Assembly: GCA_950097015.1 (NCBI GenBank)
Contig: CATNEN010000031.1
Span: 434,001-498,000, forward strand
Source: Macrostomum hystrix
Taxonomy: Eukaryota > Animalia > Platyhelminthes
Direction: 5' to 3'
Length of the DNA: 64,000 nucleotides
Of the stretch, positions 54,001-64,000 are shown piece by piece; positions within the stretch are counted from its first letter, which is position 1, and each line of letters begins with the position of its first letter. The notes beneath the pieces are model-generated. The model made no database searches. It saw nothing but the letters and a program-made list of their open reading frames with translations, and was not told where the DNA came from. A program made the translations under genes and the position numbers.

Positions 54001-57000
54001 GAAACTTACCTTTCATTCCAGTATTATTATTCCTAAGCTGAATATTTAACCGGCCTATCCTAAAAATTGAATTTCTACCCGATGTTGACAATGGCGATGG
54101 GAAGTCAGCAGTCGCGACAGTCCTTCCTTCTATTTGGTAAGGCACAAATTCAGGTCCTTTAAGACCTGAGCAGAAAGTGAAATTGAGTCACTGATTTGAG
54201 TTGTCTAACCCAGTTTTGTCCCCCCTGGCAAATTGCCAATCTAGCATGCCCTTCTTTTATCTGCAAACTGACAGCTTATGGAGTTCACTTGTCTATTAAG
54301 CAGCGACGCTCATGCAGGAGTGCGCTACCATTCACACTCGACCGCGAGTCCTTTAAAATACCCCAGACAACAGCAAGAGCAAGTAGGCAGACGGGCGCGG
54401 GGCTGCGTAACGGAGGGCACAGCTGCGATGGGGCGCCCTGTCTGTCAATTAGGAAGCGAGAGGCGGGAGTTCTTTTACGAGTAGAGTCTATCGGTGTGGA
54501 GCCCCTGCGAACAGGTTAGAATGGACGGGAAGTGCTAGGAGGCCAACAATGGTACGGACTGTGAGGTTTTGTTGGGTGCGTCATTAAAAAAGAGGCAAAA
54601 GTTTACTTGGCACGGAATTCTTAGTTAACAATCTGCATTTAAGTTAGATATGCGTCCAGAAGGACAACATGTACGACAGGTCGGTCAGTAAAGCAGCGCG
54701 CCCAATCTAGGAGGAATTTTCATACTCTGCAGGCTATGAAAGGTTTCGTAAATTCATGGACTTTTTGTAAAAAAATGCTTAAGTGCAAAACATGTATTAG
54801 CATGCGTCTCAAAATACTTTTCTGGTTGACTGCAGTCTTTTATCAAGACACTAGATACTAGACACCATTTTCTTATACAGTCTATCTCTTGTATCTATCG
54901 TCAGTCTACGGTATTCCTCGATTTCTTAGCTATTCGGCAATCGGCAAAACCCCTTCTCCAAACAGGAACAGAGTAGTCTGACGAAACTTTATGAGAATAC
55001 ATTAAGAAAAAGGTACGCCTAAAAGAAATACCCACGGGAGAATTTCAGCCTGAAAAAGATATATGTGCCCTACCTGGCTGGCGCAGTCCTCTTCGCTGAT
55101 GTGTGTGAGCCGGTGACAGATCACTTGGCCGGGGTAGCGCTCGGTAGTGAGCCCTTCGGCTTGCAGATCAGCTGCCCAGGCTTTTGGCCAGGACCAGAAG
55201 CATGTCATGGGACAGGGCCCGGTAAGCCTAAAGCAGAGAGCGCCAATGGGAGAGGACTCCGCAGCGCCCAGTCCTTATGGTCGAACGGGTCCGCCTCTTT
55301 TTAATTTGCAGGAGGGAGTGGAAAAGCAGCTCTGAGGGTCAGTCAGGGAGGGTGGCGCAGCGTTGGAAAGCAAGTGCCGCCTGCTGCTGCTTCGGCCGCT
55401 GCTCACTTAAAAGCAAAACTGAGCTAAGAAGGAGTCAGGAAGGCCGCCGCAGCACGGAAGGTGTTGTAGAAAAAGAGAAAAGGCCTCTTCCTCCGGCTCC
55501 GTCCTGCTCGTCCTCTTAAAGAGGTGCCCAAAATCCTTTCCTACGCTCCACCCCGGCCTACAGGGTAGACAAGGATTGGACAAGGAGGCCGAGAGTTGAA
55601 GGCCCGATAAAGAGCGGGAAGAGAAGGCCGGTGAAAATATACAGTACAATGCTCCCCTATCTGTCTCACCGTGTCTCCTTCTCCCCTTACTCTCCCTCTC
55701 GCCCCGGATAGTGCACAGGATTGCGGGCGCGCAGGAAAGAAGGATAAAGTGGAGTGAGGAGGATTGGAGAAAAGCATGGCTCTGGTTTGGCCCAGAGCAG
55801 TGTGAAGCAGTGCTAAGCTTTGAGGCGAACAATATAACGTGATTAGAAATTAAAGTAGAAACGAATCCCTGTCGGAATTGGGACCCTTTGGGCTGCGCTT
55901 TTTTCTATTAAAATTGTTTTCCTTGGCAGATGAGGTTGTTGTTTCGAAAGCGAAAATGATTGATTAAGAAAGGGCGATTAGTGCCATAACAAGTCAACGA
56001 TGCGCGTCCAATTTTTAAGGAAGAGCAGCTAAAGCTGGTCCTGTAGAATGTAGATGTTAACCCATTCCAGGCACAGGCACTAGATACGTCTTGTTCGTTT
56101 CTAAACTAAAGCAACTTTCCTCGAATAGACTTGATCGACTACAGTCTTTTGAAAACGTCGATCTCCCCCTCTCGCCAGGAGCTCACTCTCGGTGATTCAC
56201 CACTGAGACTGCGTGACTGTTGCTGCACGCTTCCAAAATGAAAATAAATTGGGAAAATGCGAAGTAGAGTTAGGCAGGGACATTCGGGAGTGAGCAACAT
56301 GTCGGTGGCAGTCGCACTGGGGGTGCAATGTAACAGAGTTCCGCTTAGCCTATTAGAGCCACGTGTAGAGATTAAGACACGAGTCTGTTGCGCAGATTGG
56401 AAGGCAATGTTATGCAGACCATGAGATGAAATCGCACTCAGAATGCCAAATGTACTGTCTTACTTAAGAGCGATAAATTCTTATCGCTGTGGTACAAGAG
56501 TAACAGGTGAGTGGTCCGTCATTTGCACAGCATAAAATCGATTGGTGCTTGCATTCTTACCGCCAAAGGCCGATGTCCGTTCTGCTGGACGCTGACAGAC
56601 TCTACTGGTGGGTTAAAACTTGAAAGCTGATGATTTGAGTGAAAATGAGACCAAAAAGGCCTGCGAAACTCTACATGAGCATAATATAGGTCAAAGAAGA
56701 CATACTTGAAGTATTTAAGTCAGATATTGTCCTGGCCAGGTTAGTTTTAAAACAGAGCTTTGCCCGTGTTGCAAGCCCGCTGTCACTATGATTTCCACTC
56801 TATTTGCCTTTGCTATAACATCGTCGCATGCCGTCTCTCCATTTTTGGTTGGTGCGTGTGTGCTGTGCGTCCTGTGCGTGCCCTGTGCGTGGCGAAAGGC
56901 GCACAAAACACTAACATGACGCACTGAGAGGAGAACCCTGAGAGACGTACGCTCCTTTCCCTCTCCCCTCACGCTCCAGTTGTCTCCCTCAAAGCCGCCT

Positions 57001-58264
57001 GCATCTCCGCACATCGGGGACAGAACGGACATTGGGGATCAGGATTTAGCCCGTTGTTGCCTTACTCTCAGCGTATCCAGCGTTGCTTCTGGAAGATGCG
57101 CGTTGGAGTCGAAAGTTTCTCTTGCGGCTTCCACCCATGCCCCAATTTCCGTACCCGCCTTCTGTCCCACCTCGCTTTCACTGCCCTCACTGTACAGGGG
57201 TGATGCCGTGCCTATTTTTAGTATCTGATGCGCCCCTACTCCCTGGGCTTGGTTGGCCGGTGGGACGAAAATATCAGCTGAGGGCGAAGTTGGATGGCGC
57301 GATTCTAAAAATAGAATTATCGAAAACATTCCACATTTCGAAGCGCGCGCAAACAGTGTTTTGTGTGTGATTTCCTACCCTAGTGCGGTACCGTTCCGTG
57401 CAAGTCATCTTTTAGGATTAGGTGACGCAAGCATCAATTTATGTTGATGCTCACGTCACCTAAATATATTATGGTTTTGATATATTAATGAATTTTTTTA
57501 TAGAGTATGGACCTTGCACTGGGCTGCTTAATAAACTACTCTCAGATTATGAAGGAAGGGGTTTTGGTTGCAATAGCAGCCTTGTAGGCATGGAAAAATC
57601 AATCTAGATTCCCCTGGGCCCTGAGAGTAGGCAGACCAACTGTGCTTCGTGAAAAAACATAGCGCGACTCTCTTTTTGATTGCACGAGTACTCCATTTCT
57701 TCTCGCATTCTCTCTCCCCACTCCCTCAATTGAAAGCATGACTTGGCAAAGCAGAGCATATGGCAGGAAGAGTGAAAAAAATATTGAAATATTGCTGCAG
57801 GAGAAATACTGATCAGAAGCAAGCCTAAAAATGGTAATAAAAAAACATCTAGTCTAGGCACGTCCGAAACTTCAGAAACAGAATGTGCTTTTAGCCCACC
57901 TACGATGTCAATCGTACCTACTAGCAGTTACCCAAACTTCAAGGCTGAGCTTTAAGCCGCATGCTCATCTATAATTCTAGAAAGATTTGATGAGCTTGCG
58001 AGGATTAAATATCTTTGCATCATAAAGTATTCCCTAGACCTCCTATCACTAAATGAATGCACCTTTGGCTAAATTCTGCACTTCATTCTTGAATTTTAGT
58101 GGACAGTACAAAAAAATTCGTTGTCTGTGTGCAAAGTACAGGATTCGATTCAATCTAAAGTCAAACGATTATTTCCTGACTATCAAGGGATGGGGACCTT
58201 GTCACATTGTACCCATTGACCCTCAAGTGTCAATCTAAGTTTAGGATCATGCAGAATCACTCAC

Positions 58265-58435
58265 CATAGTGCAATTGTTATTCTGTTCCTCATCTGACGA
58301 CTCCCTGTCCCTGCCGCCGGGGATGCCGACGCCTCCACCGGGCGGGCTAGATCCCGGCGGGCCGGAGGACTGCCAGAACTTCAAGAAGTCCAGTTTGAAC
58401 ATGCTGGATTGGGTGGGCAGGGCGATGGCGTGCAT
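58265..58435 (-). CDS. Candidate isolated coding exon, possibly a distal first exon of the NDR kinase gene
   Basis: GC-rich open frame MHAIALPTQSSMFKLDFLKFWQSSGPPG..SSDEEQNNNCTM ends at a consensus donor ATG|GTGAGT in phase 0. This is compatible with the phase-0 acceptor at 48064. Confidence 0.4.
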
Positions 58436-58913
58436 CGATGTTAGTAAACTGGATGGCGGGGCACTGCTTCAGTAAAAAGAATCTGACGGAACACAGAACG
58501 CTTCTGTTAAATGTTTTTTTTGGAAAGCTAGAAATCTGTACGGTAACTATTTTTCATAATATTGTGAAATGTTGGCTTTTGGTATGAAACCGCGCACAGT
58601 TTCTCGACTTTAAGAAGATAAATATACCGTCACGCTATAGTTTTAGTTTGCCAGCAAAGGCACGCGCCTGTCAACCAACCCCCGACCTCTGGGGCGGGTT
58701 CTGCTGTTTTTGTTGACTGTTCCATGAAGCTAACAAAAAGGCACTAATGCGGAGGGTTCAGAAAGACAATGCGAGATGGCTAGTGGGCATGCATTGGGCG
58801 ACGAGCTATTGGCGGGCTTCTGAGTGCGCAGAATCACACCACCCGTTTTTGTGGCCTTGTGGGTGTGTCACGCGCTTCCAGGCCTGTTAAAATGAACCAT
58901 AAAGTAGTTATAA

Positions 58914-60946
58914 CTAGACTCTCTGTGGAAGACCAAAATCTTCGCCTTCGAGGCGGATAAAACCCGAGGTCAGACCGGGCCCACCACCGTACCGGCCAAT
59001 GAAGGGTCCTCGGACCCCAAGGCTGGGACTGGGGGCAGGGCCCAGTCGTCCCGCCAAAAAAGGCCAGAGCGTGCCATCGCTGGCAGCTCTGAGCGTCGCC
59101 CCGCGCGTGTCACAAAGCGCCGGGGCCTTCTCCAGCGGGCCTCCGAGGTGGTGCGAACCGCCAAGATGGCCCAGCTGCGCGCTGAGATGCGCGGTGGCCC
59201 ACCGGGGCAGGCGCCGCAACCAAGGGCTACGGGGGAGGCCTCAGAGGTGCCCAGCTCCATCGAGCAGGGCCCTTCGAGCGCCCCTCCCACGGCCCAGGGA
59301 GCGGTGTCGGCTCCAGTTGAGGGCGACTCTGGGCCTGGGCTCGGGGCCGGGGGCGGGGACTGGGCGGCTGACGCCGTCGAGTTCCCGTCTCCGGCTCGGG
59401 GCCTGGGCACGGAGGAGCCCATGGCTACCGACATCGACCCGGAGGAGGAGGACCGCCTTCTGGCTGGGTCCCCCTCCAAGTAGACCTCTGCCTGCATGAT
59501 GATCCCCGGAATATCATGTCTGCAAGTTAACACCCAGCACTGCGTGGCAGCATCAGTCAATCTGATGCGCACGACAGAGCGCATGATGCCGGGCCTTGTA
59601 CTTGTGCAGGAGCCCTGGCTATCAAAGAACAAGCCAAGCAACATTCCTGCTGGCTATGACTGCTTCTGCATGGCAGACTCTGTCCGCCCTAGATCACTGA
59701 TCTATGCCGCAAAAGCCTTAAATGCGTGGATGAGACCCGATCTCTCTAACGGGGACATCTGCGTCATCCAATCTGCACACATTGTGCCTAACAAGTTGAC
59801 CCTCGTGGCATCCGCCTACCTGGCAGGCGACGCCCCCGTGGTTAGCGATACCCTCGTCGCCCTCTGTGAATTCGCCAGGGCACGAAACTTCGAGCTGCTC
59901 CTCGCGGGAGATGTAAACTCGCATCACACCCACTGGGGTAGCTCAAAAATCAATGACCGCGGCGAAGAGCTCCTGGCCTTCGTCAGCGGCACGCCTCTAA
60001 ACTTCTGCAATGTGGGCAACACGCCCACTTTCGACAATGGGCGGTGGGCTGAGGTGCTTGACGTCACCCTGGCCTCACCCGGCATCCTCCCAAGGGTGCT
60101 GGGGTGGGAGGTGTGGGAGACCGAAAGCTCGCTCTCGGACCACCGTTTCATCCGTTTCAACATCGGCACCCCCGATAAGAAGCAAAAGCCTATTTGGAGG
60201 CGTAATGTCAGAAATACCGACTGGCCCGCGTTCAGCCAAAAGCTGCATGAGGGCCTTCGGGATTCTGACCCCTCCATGGCCATGGAAACCACGCAGGACC
60301 TGGATGGAGTGGCTGCCCTGCTGGGCGGCGCCATCACAGAGGCCTACGAAATGGCTTGCCCGCTCAAAGCCTACAAAGGCAAAAAATCGGCCCCCTGGTG
60401 GAACCCCGAGCTCGGAGTCCTAAGACGCCGAGCTAAGGCTCTCCAGAGGAAGCTGAAAACCTCGCACGACCCTGATGACAAAGAGGCCTATACTCGCGCC
60501 ATCCACGAGTTTAAGGGCCGGGTCAGAAGGGCAAAAGCGGACAAGTGGCGACAATACTGCGAAGGGCTTGAGGGCTCGCGGCCCACGGCCCGCGTGGTAA
60601 AGGCGCTCACCAACGACCGCTTCTCCAAGCTCTCATCGATTAAAAAGCCGGACGGCTCGATCACTGAGCGCCCGGAGGAAACGCTCGAGCTTATGCTAGG
60701 GCATTTCTTCCCGAGTGTACCGGCGCACTTCGGCCCAGACGACCACTCGCGTGGAGGTCAGGGCCTGGCTCAGTCACTCGTTACGAATGACCGCATCGTT
60801 CGCGCGGCTAAGTCATTCAATCCTTTTAAAGCACCTGGGCCAGATGGTATATATCCGGCCTTTCTGCATGAAGCGGTTAAAAATGGCCGCTTCCTCCATC
60901 TCCTCTGCAGACTTCTACGGGCCTGCATCGTGCTGGGCTACGTACT
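58914..60946 (+). mobile_element. Non-LTR retrotransposon fragment (R1/LOA-like): ORF1 C-terminus (58914-59483), ORF2 APE endonuclease and linker to the start of RT (59496-60946)
   Basis: APE motifs QVNTQH, LVQEPW, SAY, GDVNSHHTHWGS, NVGNTPTF, LDVT and SDH; linker TDW, PWWNPEL and WRQYCE; RT start KAPGPDGI. The sequence breaks off at GYV. Confidence 0.92.
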
Positions 60947-63089
60947 ATAAGACTTAGAAATCTGAATGGAATTTAAGCGAGCGTTAGTTGGTAACTAAAA
61001 CTAAAAATAGCAACAGCAGAAAGTGCGAGCAACCGAAAGGAGAATGATTAGACAAAATCCGCCCCCAGAGATTAACTATTCATTTCAGCGCAGGCCCGGT
61101 TCGGCATGACAGCAGCTGTGCCGACGTGGAGCTGGCTGAGACCGGATCCGCAGAGGCGCTGACGTGGAGCTGCCGGAGACCGGAACGCAGCTGTGCTGAC
61201 GTGGAGCTCCCGGAATCAACCCGGCCTACCCCGACCTGCAGCTGCCTGCATCGACCCAGCCCAGTCTGAAATTGGAGCCGCCCGGACCCGATCGGGAACG
61301 AGATCTGGAGGAGGCCGGAACCGCACAAGAAGACTGGATCGATGAAGGGAAAGGGGATAATGAACAGTAGGAAAGAGGTCTCAGTAGAATTGGGAACGCA
61401 TCCTAACTCAACTAAGGTATTTTCAGGACTTTTCCCCACCTCCCATAGAAAATGGGTTGGCGTGCCTGCTAACCAACTAGTTTAATGACAACAACTGTAC
61501 TAGACTCGAGGCTGCGACCTCACTCACCCCAAATTCTCATGCGTACTGTTGCTATGGTATTTTCTTCCCCTCGGATCGAGGGTTTTAAAGACATTATATA
61601 TATTGGTGCGGAGCGCGGAAAAAGATTCGCCGCTCCAGTTAGTTAGAGACTCACTTTGAGCTCCGTTTAGAAAATCATTGTGGTTGCGTTCTTTCTTAAG
61701 TAGAATCAGTGATAACGATCTAGAGATATCACCACTGCCAGCCGGTATACTGAGTATCGATAGTCGTTAGGAGTTATAGCCTTCAAGACTTTTAGACTGC
61801 AATAAACCGCTAGACAAAGTATAGGAAAACTACGAGTGAAGAAGAAGAGGAACACCAAACTTGAAGCGCTATACGTGGTTCCCAGACCTACGAGTCATCT
61901 AGTAAGCAGTCTACAATTTTCAACCTGACGACATCGACCAGTAATGGCTGAGTAATTTCCGACGGTGGAGGAAGGAACGCGGAAGGCCAGGATGAGTGCT
62001 GTCATACAATTGTTTCTCTACTAAGTAAATTACATCGTGTCGTAATAGGACATGTGCGTTTCTTATTGAAAAAGTTCAAAAAAATGTGATAAAATTCTAA
62101 AAACAAACAAAAAAAAAAAGTAGAATAGTTATGTACAAAGCTACGGTATGATTTTCCTTAGAAGAGAAATATTTAGCAATTGGTGAAGCAACTCACCAAA
62201 GCCGCATCAATAGCGAGGGGCTACCAGGAAGTTGTTTAAAACAAAGGACTATAGTCGATTTATTATATATGGTGTACTCAGTTAAAGAATTCAGGCAGCG
62301 CTGACCAGCATTACCACATATCAAAACTTAGGCTTTAAAAGAAGCCTTTGTAGGAGCCGGCCGACTCAACACAGGTAAAGGACCTGTCAAGTGATTTGCA
62401 GCATTAAAAGTACACCGGAAAGGGCTTTTTATTGTTATAGCGCGCTTCAATAGGCTCAGTAGGATAGCAGACCTTCTGAGGAGAGTTATACTCTTGGCAC
62501 GAGGGACTGAGCGGACACAGAGGGGGGAAGAACTCACTTAGGCTCTGTACACTGCGTCTATCTGACTCAACTCTCCAGCAAACGCGGCAGCCCGCCCATA
62601 GCGCTGAAGATCTGCTACACAGCGTGTTAGGGTAAGTATTTGTGCCCCCAACCTAGGTAGCCAGTCCACGAGACAACCTCGAGGCATTTCTGAATAAAGT
62701 GAAATGCGTAGCCCAACTAGCCGATAAGGCCGAAAGCGGAAAATTAAAATGCTTAATCATTAAAAGTGCATGAGTATAAAATGCTGCAACCATATTATTT
62801 AGCCGAGCGCACACTCACGATAAGCGCGACAAAAATGCACTTATTTATTTGTCTAAGGCAACAAAAATTTTTACATATTGACAGCACCACCTGGCCGGAA
62901 ACGTATCCGATACCTCTACCCCATTTCTCATATTTGAATTTCACTTAAAATTTTGTGAGATCCTAGATAGATCAGAGCACACACTGACAGGATACTTTGC
63001 TGAAGTCAAGCTGATTAAATACGCATCACTTACATTCATATCGTTTGCGGCCAACTCCGCAAAGAACCAATAGACTTGAATACCAGCAT

Positions 63090-64000
63090 ATGAATAACGG
63101 AACTCTTGACCAAGACATTCAAACAGGCACTAACAGAACTCCAGAACCCGGAGAACCTGAACAGCAACAACTGCAACAGCAGCCAGGAAACCAGTTAGAG
63201 CACGACGACGACAACCACGAGCATTCATCAGACTCGGACAACGAGGACAACGCAATGGATGATCTCCAGAACCAAGTCCGCGAACTACAGCAACGTCTAG
63301 CCATGGCACACGGCAGGGACCTACCAGCCATTGTCCAAGCTCTCAAGCTATCGGCAGGAGACTACGAAATGGGACAGCCATTTATCAAATGGCTAACCGA
63401 ATTTGAACTGCAGACAGCGACATATGGCCTAACAGATGGAGAAAAATGCCGCCTGCTACCACTCATGCTGCGCCCTAACGCACGTAATCAATACGCGGGA
63501 CTCCCACAAGCCGTCCGAGAAGACTATGGACAGGTACGAACACAACTCCGACAGCTGTATGACACCAGAGCGATAGACCGACCTACGGCGGTACTACAAC
63601 TCTCCATGAGGAAGATGCACCCAGGAGAGGACGTCAACAAGTTTATAGCCGACATCACACAACTGGTTGAGAACTCAGTGTTCCAAGAACCAGCTCCGGA
63701 AGGCGAGAACGACCATGACAGAGGCGCTAGAATCAACCGCAACAAGCGCATCATCCAGGACCACATCATGCTACACGTGCAACAGAATGCCACACCGGCA
63801 TTACGACTATATCTAGCCAGAGGACGTTACCAGACGGTCCCGGAGATGGTGCGTGAGGCGCTTCAATGGCAAGCACTGCGAGAGCTCGAACAGGAGTCCA
63901 ACGACATACACAAGCTGACAGCCATTGTAGCTCAGATGGAGACTACAATCAAGAAAGCGGATCAGCGCAACCAGGACCGAGGCCCACAGCCACAGAAAGA
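63090..64000 (+). mobile_element. LTR retrotransposon (Ty3/gypsy-like) gag ORF running off the window
   Basis: Open from ATG 63090 to the end of the window: ..PFIKWLTEFELQTATYGLTDGEKCRLLPLMLRPNARNQYAGLPQAVREDYGQVRTQLRQLY..RKMHPGEDVNKFIADITQLV.., the retrotransposon gag capsid pattern. It is absent from the ORF track because it has no stop. Confidence 0.75.

Noticed and set aside
48300-58200. Numerous short ORFs of 60-140 aa
   Set aside because: No recognisable domains or consistent splice-phase chains; treated as non-coding.
58970-59644. Alternative-frame ORFs (224, 166 and 101 aa) over the LINE
   Set aside because: Shadow frames of the GC-rich ORF1 and ORF2.

Overview
Intron-rich, repeat-dense animal genomic DNA, not prokaryotic. 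It is probably a lophotrochozoan invertebrate (the style resembles a Macrostomum-like flatworm; this is inference only). Four spliced protein-coding genes were reconstructed by hand, all on the minus strand: (1) a Yurt/EPB41L5-type FERM protein, with 8 exons in the window and its 3' part missing; (2) a quick-to-court-like coiled-coil/GRIP protein; (3) a 7-EC protocadherin, 9 exons, about 1099 aa; (4) an NDR/STK38 (tricornered) kinase, 5 exons, about 469 aa, with a probable GC-AG intron and a candidate distal in-frame first exon. Mobile elements are a 5'-truncated Penelope-like retroelement, two tRNA-derived SINE families (one CORE-type), a decayed MITE-like palindrome, an R1/LOA-type LINE fragment, and the start of an LTR-retrotransposon gag at the right edge. 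The Penelope copy has an inverted pseudo-LTR, a 12-bp TSD and two minimal hammerhead ribozyme motifs, and is the most notable find. At least 12 unrelated tandem arrays account for most of the long, spurious ORFs in the supplied track. All protein family calls rest on remembered family motifs; no database search was run.
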